The notes below the pieces were generated by a model. That model searched no databases. It worked only from the letters and a program-made list of their open reading frames with translations, and was not told the origin of the DNA. This document shows positions 27,202-40,260 of a DNA stretch of 64,000 nt, one piece after another. Numbering within the stretch: position 1 is the first letter of the stretch; each line of letters opens with the position of its first letter. The DNA comes from Octopus bimaculoides. Taxonomy: Eukaryota. The position numbers were made by a program, and so were the translations under genes. The stretch covers positions 51,188,305 through 51,252,304 of the forward strand of contig NC_068982.1 of assembly GCF_001194135.2 (NCBI RefSeq). The letters run 5' to 3'.

Positions 27202-30200
27202 GTGAATCCCTAAAACTCGAGAACTACGCAACCAATTTCATTCAAATTTTACACATGTTTTAGTGCAAAAAAATTATTAACTTCTTGCAGANNNNNNNNN
27301 NNNNNNNNNNNNNNNNNNNNNNNNNNNNNNNNNNNNNNNNNNNNNNNNNNNNNNNNNNNNNNNNNNNNNNNNNNNNNNNNNNNNNNNNNNNNNNNNNNNN
27401 NNNNNNNNNNNNNNNNNNNNNNNNNNNNNNNNNNNNNNNNNNNNNNNNNNNNNNNNNNNNNNNNNNNNNNNNNNNNNNNNNNNNNNNNNNNNNNNNNNNN
27501 NNNNNNNNNNNNNNNNNNNNNNNNNNNNNNNNNNNNNNNNNNNNNNNNNNNNNNNNNNNNNNNNNNNNNNNNNNNNNNNNNNNNNNNNNNNNNNNNNNNN
27601 NNNNNNNNNNNNNNNNNNNNNNNNNNNNNNNNNNNNNNNNNNNNNNNNNNNNNNNNNNNNNNNNNNNNNNNNNNNNNNNNNNNNNNNNNNNNNNNNNNNN
27701 NNNNNNNNNNNNNNNNNNNNNNNNNNNNNNNNNNNNNNNNNNNNNNNNNNNNNNNNNNNNNNNNNNNNNNNNNNNNNNNNNNNNNNNNNNNNNNNNNNNN
27801 NNNNNNNNNNNNNNNNNNNNNNNNNNNNNNNNNNNNNNNNNNNNNNNNNNNNNNNNNNNNNNNNNNNNNNNNNNNNNNNNNNNNNNNNNNNNNNNNNNNN
27901 NNNNNNNNNNNNNNNNNNNNNNNNNNNNNNNNNNNNNNNNNNNNNNNNNNNNNNNNNNNNNNNNNNNNNNNNNNNNNNNNNNNNNNNNNNNNNNNNNNNN
28001 NNNNNNNNNNNNNNNNNNNNNNNNNNNNNNNNNNNNNNNNNNNNNNNNNNNNNNNNNNNNNNNNNNNNNNNNNNNNNNNNNNNNNNNNNNNNNNNNNNNN
28101 NNNNNNNNNNNNNNNNNNNNNNNNNNNNNNNNNNNNNNNNNNNNNNNNNNNNNNNNNNNNNNNNNNNNNNNNNNNNNNNNNNNNATGGACAACTGTATGT
28201 TGGCTGCTCAAGAGTGGGCAGCAACAAAAAACCTATTTGTATATGCTCCACAAGGGAAAACAAAGAACATAGTTTACAATGAGGTGTTATAATCACAACA
28301 GCAAGAAAGTATGTACATGATCACCTTCTTTTACGAAACTTCATTGACTTTCATATATTTATATTGATATACATATATATATACGTGTGTTTGGGTGCGT
28401 GTGTGTATATACATCTCTATATATAAAGATGATGCGTAGTCTAGACAGCGTTTTTAGATTTCATTATTCTCTTTAACCCGGGCAACGCCGGGTATTTCTG
28501 CTAGTCTCCTATATAATTTAGAAGTGCCAAATCGAAATAATTTGTTTTTTTAATATAGTCATTAAACATTATTTCCTAGCAATCACTATCTTTTTATTTT
28601 CATTATTTCTTGTTTACTTCTTTCAACTTTTTCTTTCCATTTCTTTCTGCACATACAATTAGTTAGTCATTTTCATTACTAGGTTGTGTTAGGTAAATAA
28701 TAAAAAAAACATACAGAACTTAAATATTACATTAAAACAACCTGTATTATATTTATTATTTTAAGTAACCATATTTCTGCTGCTGCTTGTTCATTTGTCT
28801 GTTTATGGTGAATTTTGGTTAAAGTATTATATAACATAAACATTGAAGTTAAAATTAAGAAAATTTTCATTGAGCATGCATTTTTTTCTAAGACATCATT
28901 GTAATTCATTTTCTCATGTCTCTTATGCCTTTTATTATATTACTTTGTCCAAGGTCAACATTAACTTTGTTGCAAATTTTTATGTTGTTTCTTTAAATAA
29001 TATTAATCACAATACCAGTAGTTATCCATTATAGATTTCTTTCTTGCTCATACCAATAGATCTGTTTGTATCATACGGAAAAAGTTAATGAAATCAAATT
29101 TAATCTAGCTTTACCTGATGTTACTAAAAGAACAATAGTTTATGTATTTTTACATTATTGCTAAGAAAGAAACACATTATACTGAAGAAAATTTTAACTT
29201 TTCCTTGCTGAATGTAATGAAAGCAAAAATATTTACTAAGTATCCTTTTATGAAGTCTAGACAGTTACAGATTTGATAAGTTATAGTTAGCTCACTTTCT
29301 AAAGAATTAAAATCAACTGTAATAAATTCTGTAAACATTTGTTTTTATTTACTTTGTTTTTTATACTTTAAAATTAAATACAATTTTTATTTCCATTTTA
29401 AACTTTTAGGGTGAACCAGGTGACGCAGGGCGTCCTGGTCCTCCAGGTCCTAAAGGCACACCTGGTCTGCCAGGATTTGATGGATTAACAGGTGCACCAG
29501 GAGAACCAGTAATATTTTTATTTTATTTCTATTCAAACTTTATTAAAACTTTGCTAGAAATTTAATATTTATCAAATAATTAAAACTTTTTAATATTACT
29601 GTTTATAATAGAAATGGTGTAATATTTACATTTCTTTAATACAGTGTAAATAAAATAGTGTTATTGAAAAGACATCATTCAAAGAAAAAAGAAATACAGT
29701 ATTTAGTAGTGCCATTGCTGTATGGTTTAGAAGTTAGGTTTGCAGCCTAATGAATCTAAGTTCAATCTCACTGCACAGAACCTTGGGCAAGTGCCTTTCT
29801 ACCATAGCCTTGGATTGAGTAATGCCTTTCGAGTGAAACTTGATATTTGGACACTATGCAGTAGCCAAGTGTGCTTTCAATGAAAACCATAAACATCTGG
29901 AAAAAAATTGATAAAATTGGTGTTTTGCAACAAAAATACTTTGTGACATTTGTTCTGAGTTGCACAGATGCTCCCTTGACACTCTTACCGTTTAAACAAA
30001 ATGGGTTAAAATAAGTGATTGGTCCACTGGAAACATCTTAAAAATTGAAGTATATGCAATATAAAAAGAAAACAAATAAAGTTTAACTGGAACTGGTAAG
30101 CCAGAGAGCTGTACAAAGCTCCAGTCTGATTTTGGCTTGGTTTCTACAGCATGAGAGTGCCTTTTACATGAATGCCTTTTATGTGTCACCATCACAGGTG

Positions 30201-33200
30201 CTTTTTACCTGTTATTGTTATGGGTACCTTTTACGTGTCACCAACATGAGTGCCTTTTACATGTCACTGTCATGGGTGCCTTTTATGTGTCACTAGCACA
30301 GTCCACAACTACAATTCCATTTGGCCTGATGAGTCTTCCCAAGTACAGCAAACTGTCAAAGGTCTCAAACATTTGCCATTGCCTCTGTGAGGCCCAATAT
30401 GCTTCACCACCTCATCCCATATCTTCTTGTGTCTACCTTTTTCACAGGTTCCCTCCACAGTTAGGGATTAGCACTTCTTTATACAACTGTCCTTGTCCAT
30501 ATGCATCACATGACCAAACCAGCACTGTCTTCTCTTTTACACACCACATCTGATACCTCTTATACCCAATTTTTCACTCAACATGCTTACACTCTGTTGT
30601 ACATGCACACTGACATTGCACATCCAGTGAAGCATACTAGCTTCATTTCTTTCAAGCCTTCGCACATCCTCTGCAATCACAGCCTGTTTCACTGCCATGT
30701 AGTATAGCTGTCTGCTCATAGGCATCATACAATCTCCCTTTCACTTTGAGGGAGAGGCTCTTTGTTACCAACAAAGGTAGAAGCTCTCTTTGTTACCAAC
30801 AAAAGTAGAGCAGTGATGCTCATTTACAACCATCTTATGGTATCAAGTCAAAAGAATACCCACACATACATACACATACCTCACATATATACATGCTTCT
30901 ATATTTGTGATGAGATTTATGCAGCCTGGTTCTATCATAGAAGACACTTGCTTAAGGTGCCATGCAATGGGATTGAACTCCAAACCAAATGGTTGAGAAG
31001 CATGCTGATATATCATGTGTTGGCATATATATTTAATATCAGCTACTAATTTATATCTTTCTTTCATTTGTCTTTTATTTAAAAATCAGTATATTAGTTT
31101 ACTTTAAACAATAATGATTCAGACTGTGTGACTGTGTGCAAAGATATTTTATGGACAAATTTATGTTATTCTTTTATGTGTTTCAGCTTTGAGGCTGAAA
31201 TTTTTTACTGATTAAAAAATTTTAAATACTTTTGTTTTATAGGGTCCCGTTGGTCCACGTGGCCCACCTGTAAGTAATGCTTTTTCTTCATACATTTTTC
31301 CTTTTATATTTTTGCTAACTTCTTTTATGAATAAATTTAGGTTAGTCCTTTCATAGAATCCCTTCTCTTTTGGGTCATACATGATTCCAATTTCTATAAT
31401 TGACAAAAATCAAATATCTCGTTAGATAGGATGGAAGTCTGTAACAAGTTTTAATTTTCACAACCACATATTACACCTTATTTGATTTGCAATTTTATTA
31501 GAGTTAAAATATTTTTAACCCTTTCATTACTATATTTCTAACCAAAAATACACCCCTTGTGTGTTTCAGTGAAATTCTAATATCATCACGAATTTAGACT
31601 GGTTTCATAAAATGACTAACTTTTTTTATCTATTAACATATTAATGTGATTTTTAGAACACAATAAGTAAAAACAGGTAAATTCAACTATATATAAATTA
31701 TTTTAATTTTCTTAAAACATCACCATAGAAAATTAGTTATTAGTTAACCAATTGAGTATAAAACAAAATTTTAATATAGAAGAATTGTGCACATTACTGG
31801 ATTATCAGTTGAACTTAAATGCATACAAGACAGGTGTAACATTAAATGTAAAAATCAAATGAAATACTGGAATTTGAAGAAAACTAGAAAATGAAATATA
31901 GTCACACACACACATAAATACAGAGAAACCTATAATAATGATTCATAATAAAAATTTATCACCCATCTTACAGGTAAATTTAAATTACCAGTAAATTAAA
32001 ATTGGAAAAACTAATTATAAAATCAAATCATAAATTAATTTTATTGACTCTTAATGGACACTTAACTTTTTAAGACGTTGCTATACATTTTGAAAGACAT
32101 TCAAATATTTTAATTATTAATAATAATTTTTTACTTAATTATTATATAGTAAGGTTAATTCCTATTAAGGTGCTTAATATAATGAGTAAGTAATTAATTA
32201 TAGCGATGTAAAGTATCTAAGCTTCAATTAAGCATGATGTAGAAATCTTATCTATAATTTTTGTTCCTTAATTATCCACCGAGATCTTTACAAATTGTAT
32301 ATATTATTAATTATATAATAATGTTAATTCCTATAAAAGGGTATAATGTAATAAATAAATAGGTATTTAATTATCTTATCTGTTATTTTTATTCTTTAGT
32401 TATCTAGCAAATCATCATCATCATCATCATCGTTTAACGTCCGCTTTCCATGCTAGCATGGGTTGGACGACTTGACTGAGGACTGGTGAAACCGGATGGC
32501 AACACCAGGCTCCAATCTAAATTTGGCAGAGTTTCTACAGCTGGATGCCCTTCCTAACGCCAACCACTCAGAGAGTGTAGTAGGTGCTTTTACGTGTCAC
32601 CTGCACGAAGGCCAGTCTCTCTCTCTCTATATATATATAAGGAGAGAGTGGAATATTCATTATCCATAAGTTTGAGTTTCACTTGTTACTCTGGTGTTTC
32701 AAGTTACTAAATTCTGAGCCATTGATTAAATTTTTTTATTAGTAGAAATAAGTAAATGGAGCCCAGTCAGTTCAAACAATACAGACCCCAGTTATTCAAT
32801 CAGCCAAACTTCCTATTTACTAAGTATTCCACAGATACCTGTACCTTTAATGCAATTCAAAGACAGAATCAACTGAAATCACACAGAAATGATAATTTGT
32901 GATTGTGATCATGATAATGAGTCAACATTACAATGTAACAAGATTGGTCCTTTCAGTAACAGGTACATTTTATCTAATGGACTATATATAATAAAAATTA
33001 ATAATATTTCAGTTATTGAGATTTCAGTCAATAGATTTGTGGGTATTACATTTCATATAATGCAAAAAGAATATAACGAGTATTTATGATGGAAAATTTG
33101 TGGTATTTATATGCACATCAAGAAATAATACTTGAGGATAAAACCAGTACAATAGCAGGGTTTAAAATATACTACCTTAATTAGCCCTTACTTAAGTTAA

Positions 33201-36200
33201 AATTATAATTAAAAGGAACTACATGTGTTTCTGTATTGGAAGATCAGAATATATGTAATGATCATATCTATAATTCTACCAACACATCTTCAGGTTCATT
33301 TTTCATAATATTGTTCAGCTACTTGAAATCATCATAAAAATTAAGCGTTAAATTAAAAATTAAAAAAATAAACTTTACAAAATTAAGGCTTAAAAAATTG
33401 AAAATTATTAGTTATAAATTATAAATATAAATTAGCATACCTATATCAAACTTTATATGTCTCCTGGGAAAGACTGTGATTGGGACCAGTCTCCTCAGAA
33501 AAATCAATATGAAAGACAGTTTTCAAATTTTTACACCATTCAGGTTCAAATTCATTTTTATGTTACTACCTGAGTTATCATCAGAATCATTGGTTTCACT
33601 TTCAGAAATAGAAATATTAAATTCATACTCACACACCACATGGTTTTTGTGTTCGTTGTATAGTTTACTTGGTTTTTCTATGTCCTTAGTCAAAAATCCC
33701 TCAAATTCTGATTCATTATTTGACAACATGAAATATGTCATCAGTATCAAAAATTTTCAAAATACCGATGTAGAAAAAATGTGGAAAAAATCTCCAAAAA
33801 TTCACAGAGATTAGATCTCACACCAAATAATGTCAGATACAGTAACTCAATTGTCTAGGTAGTGAAATCACATTCTCACAAGTGTACTAATTAAATTCAC
33901 ACTGATATTTGCATTTAAATATGACTAGGTTATTTCAGCCATTTTCAGCTAGGTTGGTAACATAAGCCAATATAATTGTCAGTCAGCTATGGCCAGACTG
34001 GTAATGTTCTAAAGTGTACTGCCTTGCTGTTCTGAGTTTCTGATATCGTATTGCTTTACCATTTGAATAAAAATTTATATTTATAAATATATAATATAGT
34101 CAGTCCTTTCCAATATATAATTTTTTTTTATTTAATTTATAATCTTACATACTTTGTTATATCAGAAACTCTGCATATCCAAATTCTATTTCATATGCTT
34201 ATGTCATTTCTTGTTTTGCAATGTCTTTCTGAATTATGTACAGAATTTATGAAGAATGTAATATCCATATTATAATAGTTTCGGTTTTACTTACATTATG
34301 TGAATATCTGAATTTTTTTATTTTTGTTTTGAAGGGTCCATCAGGTAAAGATGGATTGCCTGGACGTCCAGTAAGTATCTTCTTAATATATACTATTCCA
34401 AATAATTTTCTTTGATTATAATTTGTTCTGTATATCCATATTTTAAAATTACCAAGAAAATTAATATTCTAAAATATGCATGATACATATACTGCAGTTA
34501 CCAAATTCTAATATATTCTCAATAAAAATGAAAGCCAAATATATTTTTTTATAGTTCTGCTATCTGAAAATGAATATTCAGGTTGGAAAATCATAACCAA
34601 ATAAAATACAGAGTTACCATTGAAGGCTCTAACTTACAAATTTATTATAAAGGCTCTAGTATATTTGGGCAAGGTACTTAACTCTACCTCACTATATTTG
34701 TAAAAATATTTTGGTTACCTAAATTCCAAGAGAATATAAAATCTCATAAGTATTCCTAGGCCAGTAAATGTCAATGATTTTTTTTATGTTTCTTTAAAAA
34801 AACAACTTAATTTAAAAGGAAATGCACTTGAGATTCATTTTAATTTGTTGATTTTATTTTACCTTAAATTCTTCAGACTTGTTTCACATGCATTAAAATC
34901 TTAATCTAATCAATATATTACTAGTTTAGTTGGACTAACTGGAAATAGATACTACAATGTAGAAACAACCCTTAGTTGCATGCAAGAACAACAGTATAAA
35001 ATTGACAAAGGATCCATAAGCTTACAGTGCTGAGTTCAACTCTTGAATATTGGGACAAGTATTCAGTTTAGTTCTGAGTGCTCAGCTTTTCAGTACTGTG
35101 TACCCAATATTCTCTTCTTCTTCGAGCAGATGTTTGCAATTATATTGGTTCAGATTCTTATTCAAATTATAAGTTAATATGTGATTGCTGGTATGTAAAA
35201 TCCATTTCCATTTTAAATTTATAAGTAAGAACCCCAAAGTGAACATCTTCTAAGTCATTATAAATAGTCATCATCAACTAGACATGCTATATTTAGTCAC
35301 TGAACTATCATAACTCTATTAAGATACTTACACAATATATTAATGTTAGCTGCGATAACTTGACAGATTTAAATGCATATATATTCAAAACTGCTATACA
35401 AAGCCATATTCCTGAGCAAGGAAAGTTCAGCTAACTTAACACTAAATCAGGTCTTCAAATTGCTTCAAATTTCTGCTGGAAAGAAGCTTATTTTGATTCT
35501 GTTCTTCAGATTATTTACAAATGCATTTTTAAAAATTCTATTCACAATCCAGTGTCATTATGAATTATTATTTTCATTTTGGCATCTCTCTACAATAGCC
35601 AAGATAGATTTTGTTAAGCCATAAATTTACATTGACTTTCCATGTTACTTTTATTGTGACTAGTTTCTGCTAATTCTGATTTTTTAAAGTCAATATGTAT
35701 TGTTATACATTGGCAGAAAAGGAATTCTGGAGATGCATTAAACAGAATGTTTGGTATGGATGTTGGAGAGGCTAGAAGGTGATAAGATACATATAGACCA
35801 CTGCAATAGTGCATTTTTATTTCATCCATCAGAATCATTGTAGTAAATTTGGAAAACACTCTTTTGCAGTATAACTGAAAAATATTTTTTTAAACTCTTA
35901 ATGAGATCATAGTTTTCAATTTTACCTACATTTCTCCATACGGACAGGTAGATCACCAAATTTGTGCATATAGATAAAGTGTGATTCATTTACTAACTGA
36001 TTATTTCTGATTATGGGTATCTATTTTCCAGATAGGGAGATTGATATAATGCAAGTTGAAGCAAATATTATCAATCCATCTACTTGAATTAGTTTATCAT
36101 AATATCTAAATTATGTACACTCAATATTAATTAAATGAAATACCTTGCAGACAAAACAAACAATAGAAATACAAAGTTTATAATATTAATTTAATACAGA

Positions 36201-37265
36201 AAAAGAAGAATGAAAAGTCTTTTACATTTTGTTTGTGGTCCTTCATAAAAAAAATTTAAAAAAACTAGAGAAAAAAATAGAGAAGAAAATGTTTCAAGAC
36301 ATGAAATTGCAATGTAGTTAGTTTAGTGGCATGGTGTGCAGTGAGTGGTGGACAAGGATTGTGTAGCTAGAGGAAGATGTGATTTACAGCTTAGAGTGCA
36401 AAGCTCAATGAAGACTCTGGGCAAGTGAGTTATTTGTATGTTATTTGTATTTGTATGTGATGTGTGTGGGTGTACGAAATGTATGTTATGCTGGCTGACT
36501 ATATGCATTCAAGTGGTGTGTGTGTGTATTTACATGTGATGGTGGTTGTTGTAGTTGTGGTAGTAGTGAAATGTATATCTAATTTTTTCTTCGTTTTGTT
36601 TCTGTGCCATTTCCTTGGATTTTTTTCTCACTTTTACACAGAACTTAGACCCTCTTACCCTGATTAGTTTATTCAGATAACACTGAATCTATGGTTATTA
36701 AAATGTTAATTACATAATATATCATTAGTTATGCTACTAAGTCAAAAATTTAAAAGACAACTAAACAATAGAAAGACTAGTTGGTAGTTTAAACAGAAAC
36801 TTGTTAAGACTGCACTTTTTGCATTGAAAGTTTTAAGCATATGTATCTATTAAAGAAATACTATTAAACAAATTTCTGTAAAACAAATTTGAAAGGAAGT
36901 TTAAATGCATTTTCAAAATATATATAATGATTGTAATACATGCCAGAAAAACAAAATTTTGTTATACTTAGTGTTGATGTTTAATTTGATTAATTTACAT
37001 GAAAGAGGATGTTGCAGAAACAATTAGGTAGTATCAATTTCCATTTCATTTTAATATCCAATCTTTATTGTTTGAACTTTCAGAATTGCTAAAGATATAG
37101 CAAATAGACAATTTATAAAAGATATTTTTTAGTAATTTTTCATTCATAATCATCATGTAAGTTAATAATGATCTTCCCATTTGGGACTTAATTATAAGCT
37201 TTCCATGTGGGTTGTAAACACTGCTTATAGACCATTTTTCTGGTCAAATTATAGTTAAAAATATC

Positions 37266-37314
<49 letters not shown>

Positions 37315-40227
37315 ACAATACTGTTATTGTTGATGATTATAAAAGCCATTTGTATCTTTGTATTTATTAAATTATATACATATTAAAGCTGAATTATTCT
37401 CTGGTAATATATTTTCATAATGTATCAACAATGATACATCATCAGATGTGTTAATATCATTAGCTATATATATATATATATGCATATATATACATATATA
37501 TATTTATTACTTGTCAGCTACATTTATGTTGTCACTTTGCTGCAGTCACAAAACTTATTTATTATTAAACTTTTTACTTTTATGCAACATTTTTTAAAAA
37601 AATTTCATTCTTTAAGCTTATATCATTTTTTATTTTAATTAATAAATTTTCATTAAATATATTTCAACATACTTGGTAACTTTTAGAATTTTCCATTCTT
37701 AGCTTCTAGTAATTAAGAATTAACTGATATCTTGCTCCAAAAATACCGTATGTACTATGTAAAAATATTCTCCTATATGAAATTATTAGGATATTAATAT
37801 CAATAATTTTGGTTTCAATGTCATTGTTCTTAGACATTCATTACTACATAAATGCCTTGCTCAGTACTTTCCAATTGAATGTAATATTCAGTCTTGTAGC
37901 ATTTAATTTTGTCAAACTATATCTTAAGAAATCTTGTAATCTATATTAAACCTAGACTTGTTTTATAATTGTTGTTTTTTGGGGTTTTTTGTTGCAACAA
38001 ACACAGTTTATGTTAGGTTAATGTGATAGATAGAAAACCTAAACCTTGTGAATTAAGGTTTGTCTTTTTCACTACCTGATGGTGCACAGAATTTTTTTTT
38101 ATAAATGCTGAAAATTTTAAGATGAGGCTCTTAGTTCCTAAATTTTTCTTTTATATTCAACTATATAAATTATTTACATTCATATATGTATTTCTATTGT
38201 ACATTTAATTTCTGCCTTTTTTTTTATTCTTTGTTGCTGAATTTAGAAAAGGGCTGTGAGTAATATAATCCAAGTACTGATTAACATTTTTTTAAAAGTC
38301 TGAAATGCAACTGTATCAGATATGATAACATACACTATTCATTCAATGGTTATCAGTTGAATACAAATTTTAAAAACCATCTACAATATTTAATTTCACA
38401 AATATATTTGGTACATGTTGTGTAATTCAGAAGCTTTGCTTTAATTCTAAATTATTGTTAACTTACTGATTTTTATGCTTTCGATAATAAATTAGGAATA
38501 TGGTAATGCACTTACCCACTTAATATACTAACACTGTGACTGCAGCAAAATTCAAGTGTAGCTTAGTATATTCATTTTCATGAGTAGAGAGAAAGACAGC
38601 ATCAGGTATATTTCAAAATGTTTTTCTTTCCCCTTTGAAGAAACGTACCAAAGCCTGTGAATTTGAAGTCACGGATATTAAAGCTGCACGTAAAAAAAAT
38701 CGCAAGACCAGAAGTCATGCACCTAATAGTCAGGTAGACCCTTTTTGTAGCAAGGACTTCATAAGCTCCAAACTAAGGCAACTAACATTTAATGCTGCAG
38801 TCATGGTTGAGGCTGCTTGCAGGCCCTTGCTCAAACTGTGTTTAGCTACTGTAGGATCTTACCTAGGAAAGCTTAAATCTAATCAAATTTTACAATGCAG
38901 GACTCATTTTGAAAATATTTTGTTAACAACTAAAGATGGCATTTTGTTGGAATTTTTTTAAAACTATTTGTTCAGATATATTATTTATAATAACTGTAAA
39001 TTATCTAATCTAATACAAAAAAGATGTTGTTTTCTGATATTTAGACGGATAGAATAATTTGATATAGAAATATTTTCCAACATGAGTCTTAGCAATTAAT
39101 ATACTACTGAAGGTGTTAACTCCCCTCTTTAGAATCATAAGTCATATTTCCCTTTAAAAAAAAAATTATGGCACATCATATAGACTTTAACTTTCAGTAA
39201 CTTCTGTGCAATCAATTTTTTGTGTTTTAGACTATGTTCTTTTATTTCTAGATTTATCAGTTTAAAGACTATCAGTATGTATATACTAATTTTGAAATTA
39301 TCATATTATTGTTTTTCTATGCTGACAGGTGTTGGACAGATTTTCAATATATGTCACAACTTGTGATTTGTTTTCTTTCAAACAAATACTTAATCTTAGA
39401 TGAGAAATTATGCAAATTTAAAAAGAAATCTTGTTTTTTTAAATGAATTTCAAATAAATTTTCCCCATATTTGAAGTGCACTTTGTATTACATATTTTAT
39501 TACACCTTCAGAAGTGTAAAAAACTTTACATTTACTTATAATAATATTTTATACTTTTGGGCTACTTCATATAAAAGGTTTATTTTTATATTACTTTTTC
39601 AAATCAGTTGTACATACAGGTAAATTTAAGATCTTTTTGATATGTTGTATGAAGTTATTTTTCTACCCATGCAGATTGAATGGAATTCAGCATTAAATGA
39701 TCAAGGTAAGAAAGTTGTTAATATTTGTATGTTAGTGTTATGATCTCATCTTTTATTTCTCAGGGTGAAATGGGTTTATCTGGTCTTCCTGGATACAAAG
39801 GCGAAAAAGGGAATCGAGGCAAGCGTGGACGCAAAGTAATTAAATTATTGATGATGCATGTATATTAGTTCAATATATTTTCTCTCATAGGAATCACTTT
39901 GGCATGTTCTAACTGATGTTGTTTCTATTGTTGCCTGGTATAATAGTACCCAATTTGTTCTAGTGACATGTGATCTCTTTCCCCTAAATAATTCCTATGA
40001 CATGCAAATTGATATCCAAATAGCTGTTTCATACAAGTAATCATATAAATTACATGTGCAGGCACAAGTGCACACGCACACATACACACATGNNNNNNNN
40101 NNACACATACATGTATATATGCATTCACATATATGTATTTATATATGTAGATATACACACATATATGTATGTATGTATATAAATTACATGTGCAGGCACA
40201 AGTGCACACGCACACATACACACATGC

Positions 40228-40260
<33 letters not shown>

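Larger units (their letters stand above)
11929..28184. other. Assembly gaps at 11929-12344, 14532-14920 and 27292-28184 (also 1872-1881, 40093-40102, 52527-52609)
   Basis: N runs; small collagen exons could be hidden in them. Confidence 0.99.

Noticed and set aside
27249-28296. Long ORFs of 150-340 aa in the track (also 11741-12577 and 14440-14976)
   Set aside because: They run through N gaps; only the Helitron helicase tail at 28185-28292 is real.
31212-31406. Minus-strand ORFs with GP-rich pieces (also 49861-50111)
   Set aside because: Antisense shadows of + strand collagen exons.
34555-34581. In-frame 27-nt AG...GT segment (FCYLKMNIQ); similar cases at about 43396-43440 and 54719-54763
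   Set aside because: Weak donors (GTTGGA, GTTTCT, ATA|GTAATA) and intron-like composition.
37405-37450. Minus-strand CTGATGA followed by a 7-bp hairpin
   Set aside because: GAAA is displaced by 4 nt and stems I and III are missing; not a hammerhead.
38734-38961. Remainder of the 108-aa ORF 38635-38961 as a standalone gene
   Set aside because: It starts at a TTG inside a splice acceptor; only the 93 nt before the donor look exon-like.
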